Part shown: piece by piece, positions 41,991 through 54,609 of the stretch | Layout of the letters: each line of letters begins with the position of its first letter | Position numbering within the stretch: the first letter of the stretch is position 1 | Assembly (NCBI RefSeq): GCF_009914755.1 | Contig: NC_060929.1 | Reading direction: 5' to 3' (one strand) | Length of the DNA: 64,000 bases | From: the human T2T-CHM13v2.0 reference genome, Homo sapiens | The notes under the pieces: generated by a model | Told to the model about the DNA's origin: nothing | The model's database searches: none | What the model saw: only the letters and a program-made list of their open reading frames with translations | Made by a program: the position numbers and the translations under genes

Positions 41991-42651
41991 CTTTCCCTTG
42001 CTGTATATATGAAGAGCTGGTTCAGTGTTTGTTTGCTCTGGTGGGTAAAAGTTCATTTCATGAAAAGAGAATTACACAAAATCACAGAGAAATTTTAGCA
42101 TTTATGGGCTGTGCTTTGTATACAAAGATGATGTTATTGACTCCTTGACACTGAGGAAACTTCAGTATTTCTTCATGGCTGCAATTACCCAATTTGGGAA
42201 ATGAACCAGACACCAGAGCTTCATCTAGATGACAGTTTAGACATAAAGTGCTGTGGCTGCCATTTTCTTTTTTTTTTTTAGTTCCAATTGCATGCAGCAA
42301 AGCAATAATGTACAGCCCTAAACTCCCATTCTCTTCAAATAGTATATGCTCTTTAAATAATTTTAAATTAAGAATGTAAATATTACTCCCACTCAGCAAA
42401 CTATAAGTGGCATCATCTTTGTTGTTATAATACAATATGTTAATAAGTATATAAAATCCTTTTTGATCGAAGTGCTGCATAACAGAAAAAATTTTTACAA
42501 TGAGAATAAGCATTAATCTGGGCATTTTGGGGAGTTCATATCACAGAACCTTGAAAGCCAGTCTAAATATTGATCTAAACTGCCCATACTATTCTCCAGG
42601 TCTTCAAGCCATACAATTCCATATTCAAGATGATTCTTTCTAGATTGGGGG
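41991..42651 (-). pseudogene. Decayed coding exon (about 660 nt, candidate)
   Basis: PQSRKNHLEYGIVWLEDLENSMGSLDQYLDWLSRFCDMNSPKCPD*; contains the 147-aa ORF (ENGSHSTLCLNCHLDEALVSGSFPKLGNCSHEEILKFPQ); HEMNFYPPEQTNTEPA; weak acceptor ccgttag| and degenerate donor aag|gcatgt. Confidence 0.5.
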
Positions 42652-42684
42652 CTAACGGTAATGGTTATAAAGTATTTTGTTAAT

Positions 42685-43920
42685 GACTCAGCAAATATCT
42701 ATTACATCTCCTTCATTTACATGACCTCTTTATTTTTAAAATCCAAAGAATATGTCATTTCTTGTCCTTGGAGAACTTATATATTCTACTTTGAAAAAAC
42801 AAAAATTCCTAGATGTAAGTTAAATCATAACTCAAAAATTCAAAATAGTCTATGTCAAGAGATGGTATAAGCCTGCACACAATTAAAGGCTAAATATCTG
42901 CAGGTATTTTTAAGTCAGAATATTGTTTCCTGGGGTTTGGAAATACATAATGCAAATCCATGAAGAGGGGAGGGCTTCAAACATGTCTTGAGGAGTTGTG
43001 AAATATGAGCAGAGAAGAGGAAGCACATTCCAGATGGGGCAATAGTATGAGGCAAGATGCAGAGAAGTCAAAAACAAGGACTATATAATAGCTAAGATTC
43101 CCTTGAGGGGGGGGGTTACTATGTGCATTGCACTGTCACATCATTTAATTCTCACAAAAACTCTATGAGATTGATACAAATATGAACCTGTTCATGACCA
43201 CCCTGCCTAATAAGGACTCTCCACCATTCCCATTCTCCATCTCTATCTATTAGTCTGATACATTTTCTTCATGACACTTTCATTATCAAAAAATATATAA
43301 TTCATTAATTTATTTACTTCTTTAATGCAAGCTGCCAGAGTGCTGGGACTTGTTTGCTACAATATCCCTAGTACCTGAAACAATTCCTAGATCAGAGTCA
43401 CACACAGTATGTACTTATTAACAGTGTCATCCCTTTTATGAATGAAGACCCTAATGGGCAGTGAGGGGTTACATAACTAGTCCAATACCACATGATCAGA
43501 ATTTGAACTCAGGACTCTTCTTGCTCCAAAAGCACATGTGATACTATCCCCCAATGAATCATTAGAAAACAATAAGTTGGTCCCTTTTGAAGAATATATA
43601 AATTTCCTTGGGTTTTTGTTTTATTTATTTATTGTTTATTGGCATCCTAATAACAGGAAATAAAATTACACTAGAAGTCTAGTGTCAGACTATAAAGGCC
43701 TTGATTTTCAGGTTAAGATTTCTGAATTTTATTATGAGAAGACATTCTAGAATGTAAACAGAGTTAGGGAGAATTGATGTATCTGTCATCATGTTGGAGA
43801 TGGGAATGAGGAAGCCTAAACCTAAAACCAGAGCCTTAAGAGATTGCTGAGAAGAGCGGCAAGTGTGTTGACATCTGGACTAGGATTTAGCAGTGTACAG
43901 GAAAGAGAGAAAAAATACAA
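42685..43920. mobile_element. Mosaic of L2 and MIR fragments
   Basis: actcagcaaatatctatt (L2 end); catttaattctcacaaaaactctatgaga and gaatttgaactcagg (MIR); gtgctgggacttgtttg...tagtacctgaaaca (L2). Confidence 0.55.
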
Positions 43921-44236
43921 GAAGAATTACAGAAAAAATTTAACTTTTCTTCTGCAATTCTCTGCCTGCAAAGTCTTTTGCCAATTCTCCCCTATGGGAA
44001 TCTTAGTCTTCAAGACTGGCATAAATCTAGATTCTTCTGGGATTTCTCCTCCAACAATTCTAGGCACAAGTCCTTTGGAGCACTTTGCTCACATTCACCT
44101 AGTGTCACACCAGAGTACAATATGGTTAACAACAGAGGGAAAGAAAAAAGCTGCATTGGTCTTCTGAGAGCCTTGAGATCTGCAAGTAAGTCTTAGTCAT
44201 CTGTTTATCTCCAGCAGGTACTACAGTATTGGAGGC

Positions 44237-45159
44237 TGTGATGGTTCATTTTATGCCTCACCTGCACTGAGTCACAGGATACCCGGATATCTGGTTAAAT
44301 GCTTGTACTAGTCCGTTTTTACGCTGCTGATAAAGACATACCCAAGACTAGGCTATTTACAAAAGAAAGAGGTTTAATGGGCTTACAGTTCCACATGGCT
44401 GGGGAGGCCTCACAATCATGGCAGAAGGTACAAGGTACATCTCACATGGTGGCAGACAAGAGAAGAGAGCTTGTGCAGGGAAACTCCCCTATAAAACCAT
44501 CAGATCTCGTGAGACTTATTCACTATCCTGAGAACAACACAGGAAAGAACTTTCCCCATGATTCAATTACCTCCCACAGGGTCCCTCCCACAACATGTGG
44601 GAATTCAAGATGAGGTTTGGATGAGGACACAGCCACACCATATCAACGCTATTTCTGGGTGTGCCTGTGAGGGGTTTCCAGAAGAGATTCACATTTGAAT
44701 CAGTGGACTGAGTAAAGTAGATTGCCCTCCCCAATGTTGGTGGGCATGATCCAATCTGTCAAGAGCCTGAATAGAACAAAAAGGCAGATGAAGGAAGAAT
44801 TCTCTGCTCTCTGCCTGATTGCTTGACCTGCAACATCATCTTCTTCTGCCCTCTGACTGGGACTTAGACCATTGGTACTTCTGGTTCTTGGGCCTTAGGA
44901 ATTGGAATAGAACTCCCATCATCAGTTCTCTGAGTTTGAACTTGGACAAAAAGTACAAGAATGGCTTTCCTAGAGCTCCAGCTTTTAAATAACCATGGGA
45001 CTTCCAAGCATTCATAATTGTATGAGCCAGTTTCTCGTAACAAATTACATATATATACACATAAACCTATATATATGTGTGTGTACATATATATGTATAA
45101 AACAATGTATAAAAATATATACATTGGTTCTGTATCTTTGGAGAACCCTGACTAATATG
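44237..45159 (+). mobile_element. ERVL LTR (MLT2B-like), interrupted by THE1B
   Basis: tgtgatggttcattttatg...tatttctgggtgtgcctgtgaggggtttcca...attggttctgtatctttggagaaccctgactaata. Confidence 0.88.
44304..44645 (-). mobile_element. THE1B-like MaLR solo LTR
   Basis: tgtactagtccgttttt...gctgataaagacatacc...ggaattcaagatgag...ccatatca; 5-bp TSD atgct/acgct. Confidence 0.93.
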
Positions 45160-45678
45160 TGTACTTTTGACACTAACATTTATTGCATAAGCAAAGCAGA
45201 CACCCTGAGATTTTCAGGCCAGGTATTGGAAAGAGGTGGCCGTTCTGACAGAAATGGGCACTCCAAAACTGCACTGAAACAAAGGCTTGGGACTTATTGA
45301 CAAATAGGAGTATCCAGAAGAGGAGCCAGGGAGGATGGAAAGTGTAACTGTACACACTAAATAAGGTGAAGTGACAGCCAGAGAGCCAAGTTGAAATGTT
45401 CAGCTAGAAGCAAGAGACAAGATCCTGAAGTTCTGAAGGTCAAGATCAAAGAGGTGAGATTTGAGTATTATTGACATAAAGACGAAAGTTGAAGACGTGA
45501 GAGTAGATAACAGCACCTAAATTCACAGCAGCTGTAACAAGACCAAAGACCTAAGAGCTAAATCATGGAATAGGTCCACACAGAGGAAGCAAGGGGAGAT
45601 GGAATTACCCTGTGGAGAACCACAGAAGGAATAATAAAGCATAAACTTGTCATTTAATTTTATGCAAATTTATTTTAC

Positions 45679-46243
45679 AAAGCTTCCCTTTTAATGCAAT
45701 GTTGTATGTACTTCTTTTTATATTTAAAATTTAGCTTCTCTGGAGGTAAATGTCAGTAAGCATCCAGCTTCTCCTGCCCTCTCTGTCATGTTATCATCAA
45801 ATTGTGACTATTTTGGCAAATAATTGTGTGTTGATTTATATTAGGATACAGTTTAAAGTTTTCCATCTGGTCAAACAAATATCATATAGTCACCAAAATG
45901 AGCCCAGAATACACTGATTTAAAAGATTGGGCAAGCTTCAATAATTTCTCTTGATTATCATTAACCATATGTATTTCATTTTTAAATTATTCTAACAGAT
46001 ACTCAGTATCAACAGACTGTAATTCCCCAGCAAGGTATAAAATAGGCATTAAAACTATTTCTAAACTATCATCTAGGATGATGTATAAAGCATTCCACAT
46101 AATAGCAGACTAAGTATCATAAAATATTAGTCAAGTACTAACACAGTCATTAATACTCCTCTTTAACAAAAGGCAATTTCACAGCCTCATTTACCAACTG
46201 GAATATCCCACGTCTACTTCATAATTATGCTTTTTATTAATCT
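45679..46243 (-). pseudogene. Decayed coding exon (about 565 nt, candidate)
   Basis: ctaac...cttacag|AG acceptor; GIFQLVNEAVKLPFVKEEY, then one frame of about 145 codons ILDDSLE...GELQSVDTEYLLE*FKNEIHMVNDNQEKLLKLAQSFK...YLFDQMENFKLYPN...HLPPEKLNFK; weak donor ttt|gtaaaa. Confidence 0.55.
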
Positions 46244-46340
46244 CTGTAAGTTTTAGTTAGTGTTTTTTGGCAATTTCTTAACACTAGTGCCCTGGATGTT
46301 GTTAAAATGGATTAATAGCTTTGTAAGTAATATATATTAC

Positions 46341-46900
46341 ATGTATATATTTAACTGTAGGTGATTTGACTTGTATTGTGGCAATCAGCTTTTTTAATAC
46401 CCTATTATATGTTTAGGATTTATTTTAGTGCAACTAATTTTTAACCTCAATATTTTGCAACATCTCTTTATGATGTTAGTTTTATAAATAGAAGGATATA
46501 GTGAACTGGGGGTTGTGGTCAGCCCTAGCTCTTCTCACATTGTTTTGGCCTGAGGCAGGCCTGAGGATGGAATCATTTCAGATGGATTAGAACCCAGATA
46601 AATAACCATAAAAGTCTTGCAACATTATCTCCTCTTTAAAAATATACAGTTCCAACTCTTTTCAATGTGGATGGAGTATAAGAGTAAACAACTTCATTAG
46701 GCATGTTAAAGCACATTTTAGAGAAAGTACATTTGGCTGAGAATTATAAGCATCTTTCTGCATCAGCCTTTTTTGAATTTAAGGACAATCTTTCAATTAA
46801 CTGAGCCTGCTGCTACATACTAAAATGTAGTTTGAGTTAACAGCAGTTTGATTGGACATTCAGAATTACAGCTCCTGGAAGTTCTTAAAAGGTCACCTAC
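46341..46900 (-). pseudogene. Decayed coding-like block (candidate exon)
   Basis: LIERLSLNSKKADAERCL*...MPNEVVYSYTPSTLKR; LGSNPSEMIPSSGLPQAKTM*EELGLTTTPSSLYPS; boundaries unclear. Confidence 0.4.
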
Positions 46901-47304
46901 TCCTTCTCCCTGCACTTATGCAATTAAAATTGCACTTGAATATGGAATGAAAGGACAGAATGGGGAAAAGCAGATTTATTGAAGACAAACAATAGGACAA
47001 GCACAATTGGAACAGAGATGAATAAATCAAGGCCCTCATCTCAATGAGTTCACAGACTAACTTGGTTTATAGCCATATAAACAAATAACTGAAATAATGC
47101 ATGTATAGTTTTGCACAGTGCCTGGCACATAAGTGCTCAGTAAATAATAGTCCTTATTTTATATCCCAATAAAATGCTCACCAAGTACAAGAAGTCATCA
47201 AGCTAATGCACAATAGTCCAAAAAAATGCTCACATTTTAGTCTGCAAGATTGCAAATCAAAATTTCATGTGTTCATTCATTCACTCATTCCTAAAAGGCA
47301 TTAA

Positions 47305-47500
47305 TACAGTATAGAGACTAAGAGTGTGCATTATTTGATTTCTGACCTACACTCTACCACTTAACCAGTTGTCCCTCATTAGTAAAACAGAGATGTGGCT
47401 ACTTCACAAGATTGTTTTGAGGACTGATGAATTTACATGAATTAATACAAGCAAAGTGTCTGACTCTGAGAAAGCATTTAATAAATCTCAAGATTATTAT
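47305..47500 (+). mobile_element. MIR SINE
   Basis: ctctaccacttaacc...cctcattagtaaaacagagat...ctacttcacaagattgttttgagga. Confidence 0.65.
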
Positions 47501-47659
47501 TTTCCTCATATATGTATCAAACAGTTACAAGGCAAATACTAGGTGTTCTTTGGGGACCAAAAAGATTATGCCCTTTGCCCCAACCACATCTGCACCATTC
47601 TTCTCTCACTCCCTCTGTGGGTCACAGAAACCCTCTTTGTCTTCCTCGACTGCATCACA

Positions 47660-48050
47660 ATTTGCTCCTCCAGCCCCTGTACCTTTATTTATATAGCTCC
47701 TTCTTCCTGGAAAACTCTTCTTTCCTATCTTTTCCTATACAACTCTCATTAATTTCTCATATTCAGGTCTACTATCCCTTTCTCTGGGAAACTTTTCCTG
47801 ATTGCTTAGTTTAAACTTTGTTTCTTTGCCACCTGTTATCATAAAACTGAATTTCTTCACTGTACCTATCTCAGTTTGCAATTGTTAATATGATATTTTG
47901 GCCAATGTCAGTCTTAAGGATAAGCTCAATGAAGGCAGGCATCTTGTCTATTTTTCTCAAAACTGTATCCCAGCTCCTAGCACAGTGCACGGTGGAGTGC
48001 ATAGTAATCCTTCAATAAATACTTACTGAAGGAATGAATTAATGAATTCA
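47660..48050 (+). mobile_element. L2 3' portion
   Basis: taagctcaatgaaggcaggcatcttgtct...ctgtatcccagctcctagcacagtgc...caataaatacttactgaaggaatgaat. Confidence 0.75.
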
Positions 48051-48329
48051 CCATATGACAATTTTAAAAATGTAGAATCTCCAAATTTAAGTCTTCTGTT
48101 ATAAAGACCAAAGTTGGGATAATGAGGCCAAGAAAGTAGCCACATAGGTTCATTATCTTATTTAATTTTTAAAACAATTCTTGTAAAATTAGAATTATCA
48201 TTTGCATTTTGCTAATGAAAAAGTTGAGCATAAGAGTGCTTAGAAAGCACAAGATTTCTAACTAGAAGAAACTAGAATCAAAACACAGATAGTTACCCTA
48301 TTCTTTTCTATTATACTTCTCTTAAAAAG

Positions 48330-48828
48330 CTCTCCTAAGAGAGATAAGGCCTCATTTAATAATGCATTCCGATGTTGAAGATAAAACTTCAGAAATTAAT
48401 AAGTAAGCTCAACTAAGTGTAGTATTTTATCTTTCCTCTCCATTTCTAAGCAGCATACTTTTGATACTGGGTACCACCCATATGAAGAAATTCAGAGACT
48501 CTCACTCACCTGCAATGGTGACTCTCACCATGGTTAAGTGAGTGAGAGTCTCTGAATTTCTTCTCTTAAATAGTTTCATAGCTGCATTTACAATCATCTA
48601 GGAAACGGCATACTTTATCTATAGAATGTTTTGATCCAGTCTCTCATTCCCTAGCCTTAGGCTATAAATATAATGTCTCATTCAGTGCAGTAATATGTGT
48701 CCTGAGCTGATAACATATAGATTCCACATTATAACAAATAATAATCTAGAGATCTCTAAGGAGAGGGCTCCAACCCTCTAGTGATTTTTGTGTTGGCTGC
48801 TATATATGCTAGAGGTATTTCGTCAGCT
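48330..48828 (-). pseudogene. Decayed coding-like block (candidate exon) containing the palindrome
   Basis: agtattttaag|AG acceptor; one frame QPTQKSLEGWSPLLRDL*...ETGSKHSIDKVCRFLDDCKCSYETI*EKKFRDSHSLNHGESHHC, most stops TAG/TAA. Confidence 0.4.
48484..48563. repeat. Perfect 26-bp inverted repeat, 80-nt hairpin
   Basis: gaagaaattcagagactctcactcac (48484-48509) and exact reverse complement (48538-48563); inner atggtga/tcaccat stem. Confidence 0.95.
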
Positions 48829-48849
48829 CTTAAAATACTATTTCTTAAA

Positions 48850-49560
48850 TTATAAAATTGTTTTAAATTATAAAACCGTACATATATTTGGTAAAACAAA
48901 AATCGAAAATAGTACAGAAGAGTATAAAATGAAAAGTGAAATGTTCTATTCTCAAACCATCTCCTTTCCCATTACCAGAGGCAATTTCTTTTAATGATTT
49001 CTGTTTTTACCTCTTTTTATGGTGATTAGTACTGTATTTTAAATAAAATATTTATAACCTATATCTTTATCACTTTCAGATAGTTATCTACCCACTCCCT
49101 GCTATGAAAAATAAAGAACTTAAACCAATTACACTACCTCTCACCCCCTCCTCTTCCTAATTCTTGATTTTTGATCATATTTTATTACTTTAATGTCTCT
49201 AATAGCTATATTTTATCATGATATATTAACCTCAAGCCTGTATTGATTCTTTAAGAATGAATAGACAATATCTACTTATGATGTTACATTGTTAGACAAT
49301 ATATACTTATTGTGCTTTATATAAGATAAGGAAATTACACCTACATTTCTACATTGTACTTCCTACAAATTTCTATTGGCTAAACAATTATTCATATCAT
49401 CAAGGTCAATAATACAGTCTATTCTATATCTATTTTTGCTTTCCACAGTGTGTCTATATATGGATTCAAAAATGTAAAAACAACATATAGCATTTATATA
49501 ATTATTACTATTATTATTTAGATAATTTTTACTACGGAATCAGTACAGTAATTAGAGAGT
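48850..49560 (-). mobile_element. Very old L1/HAL1-like fragment
   Basis: aaaatagtacagaagagtataaaatgaaaagtgaaa...ccagaggcaatttcttttaatg resembles old L1M/HAL1 3' ends. Confidence 0.45.
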
Positions 49561-49952
49561 TTCCAGGTTTCTATAGAATAGTGGTAGCCGCCTAAATGTA
49601 AACGACCATATATATTCCAAAAAAAAATCTAGGATGGAAAGAGGGCAAATAATATCATCTAGAACTTATACCAACAACAGAAACTGGGCGACAGAGAAGA
49701 CTAAGATGTGAGTGGAAAAACTAACACCTGACACCAGCAGAGGTAGCTCCTGAGCATTCTCCAGGGTAGAGAGTGAGGGGACAACTCTCCACTGGGTGAA
49801 TTTCTGCACAATTTGTGAGGAAAGCACTTTGTTCCGGACTATCTTTTCAAGGCTGTTTGGATGGCAAACAGCCATGGAAGTTAGAGATAGTGTGTCCATC
49901 TGGAACAAAGAGAGACGTGCTCACTTGCCCAATATAAAAATTTGTGTTCACA

Positions 49953-50310
<358 letters not shown>

Positions 50311-51004
50311 TTACCTGCAGATATCCTATGGCCCTTTTTGCATTGCTCTGTGGAAACTGAGTCCTGGAGAACCAGCACAAAAAAAAAATACCAAACTCTA
50401 ATTATTGTTATTTTTGTACTAATGAACAGTCCTTCTTCTCTAATCCAAGAGTTTTGTACCTTCTACCAGCAACCACAAAACTGTGTCAGTTTCACTTACA
50501 AGTAGGGTAAAATCTCAGGCTCTTTGTCATTCTTGCCAGTAAGGGATGGGCTATGAGGCAGAAAGGAGGTAAGAGTGCTTATGGGGATCCCATTGGTGGC
50601 AAAACACAGATAAGATCAACTAGGATTCCACTACAGAAAGAGACGGATCTAGCCTGTGTAGGAAATATTGAGAGATCTGAGACCTGGTAGGTTCTACCAA
50701 ATGGTTCCTGGAAAATCAGAATGGACCTTGAAAAGTATGCATGACTGGATGAGACACTAGCAGAAGGCCCCACTCTAAAAAGGAGGCACATAGCAATTAG
50801 AGTTCCACCTAGAGGCTGGCTGGTGAATGGAAACAAGGAAAAATGAAGATAAGGGCCCCATTGGTAAAAGACAGTACAGAAAGAAAAGAATCAGAAGACA
50901 CATTAAAAAAAAAAAAAAAGCTCTTTACACTATAACAACATAAAAGGGAACAATAAAACAGAAATCTAGCAAGTCATCCCCATCCCTCCCTGACCCAATA
51001 CTAT

Positions 51005-53100
51005 CTTTTTCAGTATGTATGGAACATGACAACTATTAGGCCACAAAGCTTTAATAAATCCCATTAACTCGTTTTAACAGAAAGAGTATTTTCTGATCAT
51101 AATGCAATAAAATTCAAATTAATAACAAAGCTATAAGAACAAAAACGTCCTTTTACTTAGAAAAGTTCATTAACTCTTGGACAAAAAGAAAAAAATATAA
51201 ACACAAATCACAGAATTTCTAAAATAATATCGATATGAACTACAAAAATACCCAAATCTATGGGATATAACTAAAGCAGTGCTCATAAGAAAATACTTTG
51301 CTTTTGATATTTATGTTAATAAAATATAATAATACAAATTAATAAAATTAACCTGTATCTCAAAGGTAGAAACAAAGCAAGAATTTAACCAAAAAGAGAA
51401 GAAAATAGTAAAAAATAAGTAAAACTTACTGAATTAGAATAGGAAAAACAAGTCAACTAATAAATAAAGTTGATTCTTTGAAAAATTTAATAAAATACAC
51501 TTAACCAGTAGACAACTTAAACTAGAAAAAAAAGTGAGAAAGTACTCACACTCAAGAAATGACGAGGAAGAAATAACAATTTAAACAGAGGAAATTGTAA
51601 GAATTTTAAGAGACTACTTTGCACAACTTTATACAGATAAACTTTAAAACAAAGGAAACTGATGTCAAAATAATAGATAGAGATGACTTTGAAGGAAGAA
51701 ATAAAGTTATCTGAAAGCTATTCAAAAACACACCAGCACCAGTTTCTCTGGGGAAATCTATTTGACTTCAAAGATCAGATAATTCCAATTCCACATAAAC
51801 TATTCCAGAGCATAGAAACATAAGAAAAACATGTAAATACTTTTTAAATGAAATGAGTATCCTATTTACACCTAACCTGACAAAAACTACACAAGAAAAA
51901 AGACAACTAAAGTCAAACTTCACTTATGAACATTGTGCTAATTTTCTAGAGTCGACATTATAAAATACTGCAGACTAGGTGGCTTAACAACAGAAATTTA
52001 TTTTCTCACAGTTTTGGGGGCTGAATATCAAAATCTTGGGGTTTACAGGCTTGGTTTCTTTTGGGGCCTCTCTCCTTGGCTTGCACATGGCCATCTTCTC
52101 ATTGTCTCCTCAGGTGGCCTTTTCTCTGTTCAGGTATCCCAGATGTCTCCTCGTCTTCTTATATGGACACCAGTCCTACTGGGTTAAGGCTCCACTCTTA
52201 AGACCTCATTTAACCTTAACTACCACTTTAAAGGCCCTTTCTCCTTCTAAAGACACATTGAGGGTTAGGGCTTCAACACATGCGTTTGGGGGGAACATAA
52301 TTCAGTCCCTAACAAACATTATGCAAAACTCCTGAATAAAATGTTAGCAAACAATAGCACACAAAAAATAGTAATACATGGATTCGTTGCTAAATACAGT
52401 ATATTCTGGAAATGCAAGAATTAACTCGCCACCCTAAAATGACATAAGCATTTTTCTTTGACTTAGTCAGTCTCATATCTAGGAGTCTACTCTGAAGATA
52501 TTTCTCCATATGTGAAAAATGACATTTCACACCGGTATTGACTGTCATATTTTGTAATAACATAAGACTAAAAAGAACCCAAATGTCTACAAGTAGTAGA
52601 CTATGTGAACAAACTCTGGTACATCCACCTAATGCAGCTGTGAAAAGGATGAGAAAGATCTCTACATACTGATATTGACTAATCTTAAGGATATTATTAC
52701 ATGAAAAGGCAAGGTGCAACATGGTGTGTACAGTATGTATGCTACATTTCATATAAGGGAAGAAGGGAGAAAACCATAGATATAGATAGATGGATGGATA
52801 GATAGATTGATTGATTGATACAAATGTGCATACTTATTTTTGGAAAAAGAAACATCTATGAGATGAAGGGGGGGAAGAGTAGAGGAAGTAGGAATGTAAG
52901 TGAGACTTCTCTGATTATGTCTTCAAATAAAACTTTGACTTTAAAACCATGTTAATATTTTATTGATTGGAAGAATAATTCAAAAAGGAAAAAAAAGCAA
53001 ACTCTAAAGCTGAAAAAAAAAATGAGACAAATGAACCTAAGTGTGCATTAAATTGGTAATGCAATCATCTAGAGGGAAGGCTTATTTCAAATTTTTTCAA
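51005..53100 (+). mobile_element. Old L1 (L1MC/ME-type) ORF2 + 3'UTR fragments
   Basis: ttctgatcataatgcaataaaatt, tatgggatataactaaagcagtgctc, gttgattctttgaaaa, aaactattccagagcatag, aatgaacctaa. Confidence 0.8.
51934..52314 (-). mobile_element. MaLR solo LTR (MLT1A-like) nested in L1
   Basis: ggcttaacaacagaaatttattttctcacag...gttagggcttcaacac...aattcagtccctaaca; perfect 5-bp TSD aacat. Confidence 0.92.
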
Positions 53101-53107
53101 TAAAGTA

Positions 53108-53450
53108 CAAGTTGAGTAACCCTTATCTAAAATGCTTGGGACCAGCGTTTCAGATTTTGGATTTTTTCAGATTTTGGAATATTTGCCTAGACATCATGAG
53201 CTATCTTGAAAATGGGACCCACGTCTAAGCACAAAATTCATCTATGTTTCATACACCTTATACACATAGTCTGAAGATAATTTTATACAATATTTTAAAT
53301 AATTTTTGCATGAAACTAAGTTTTGACTGTGACTCATCACATGAGATCAGGTGTAAAAATTTCTACTGTGGTGTCACATTGGTGCTCCAAAAGTTTCAGA
53401 TTTCGGAGCATTTCAAATTTCAGATTTTTTTATTAGGGATATGCAACCTG
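53108..53450. mobile_element. Tigger4b (Zombi)-like DNA transposon
   Basis: TA|caagttgagtaacccttatctaaaatgcttgggacc ... attagggatatgcaacctg|TA. Confidence 0.88.
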
Positions 53451-53833
53451 TATTCTGCACATCCTTTGTGGTATATATTCCAAAGACAAAAACAACAGCA
53501 AAGAAATCTTAAACCTTACTCCCCAGTTTTGTCTTTAGCAGTAATAATGACACTGCGATTTTGGAGCTCACCAAAACTTAATTCTGCAGTGCTTAATAAG
53601 GTGTCGTATTTAAATTTCGATATTTCCTCACAAATGGCAAATTTATGAGGGGCATACAAAATAATGGGGAAAGGAGAGCAATAGGGGTAGAGGTGGAAGC
53701 CAAATCTTTAATCAGCATATGAAGAAAGAAGAAAAATCTAATATCCTTTCTCTTTTACCTTGAGTCAAAAAGACAAAAATTAGATGTAATTTTTAAATCT
53801 CTAGCCAACAAAACCTAGACCCAAACTAAGGCT

Positions 53834-53900
53834 GTAAGCTTCCCAAAACTTCTCAAGTTTTGGGAAGTCTGGGAACTTGAAGAAGTTTTGGGAAGTTTAC
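53834..53900. repeat. Nested inverted repeats
   Basis: gtaagcttcccaaaacttctcaagtt pairs near-perfectly with aacttgaagaagttttgggaagtttac; also internal 13-bp stem cttcccaaaactt/aagttttgggaag. Confidence 0.9.
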
Positions 53901-53987
53901 CGCCTTAGTTCAGGTCATAAATGTTTTCATGCTGTATACTAATGAAGTTTGGGGAGTTTAGTGTATTACATTATCTGTTCTGCAGGG

Positions 53988-54516
53988 CAGGGATCCCCAG
54001 TCCCCAGGCCCTGGACCACTACCACTCTGTGGCCTGTTAGGAACCAGGCCACACAACAGGAGGTGAGCGTACAGGCTAGCAAGAGAAGCTTTATCTGCAT
54101 TTACAGCCCCTCCCCATCACCCCCATTATGGCCTGAGCTCCACCTCCTATCAGATCAGCTGCAGCATTAGATTCTCATAGGAGTATGAATCCTATTGTGA
54201 ACTTTGCATGCAAGACAGCTGGGTTGTGCACTCCTTATGATAATCTAATACCTGATGATCTGTCACTATCTCCCATTACCCCCACATGGGACCATCCAGT
54301 TGCGGGAAAACAAGCTCAGGGCTCCCACTGATTCTACATCATGGTGAGTTATATAATCATTTTATTACATATTACAATGTAATAATAATAGAAATAAAGT
54401 GCACAATAAATATAATGCATGTGAATCATCCCAAAATCATCCCCCCAACCCCCATCTGTGGAAAAATTGTCTTCCACGAAACCGGTCTCTGGTGTCAAAA
54501 AGCTTGGAAACCACTG
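53988..54516 (+). mobile_element. MER1A hAT-Charlie DNA transposon
   Basis: cagggatcccc...gtggcctgttaggaacc...gtggaaaaattgtcttccacgaaaccgg...ccactg; 8-bp TSD ctgcaggg/ctgtaggg. Confidence 0.93.
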
Positions 54517-54609
54517 CTGTAGGGCACTCATTGTGCCATTTCCTGGCTACAAGAAATTAGTCTGAACCAGATGACATCTCTTATTTTCCTAAATAAGAAT
54601 GAATAATAA

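Noticed and set aside
43930-44236. Coding-like minus-strand peptide as another exon of the fossil gene
   Set aside because: Appears inserted within an L2 and lacks clear splice sites; more likely an old LTR.
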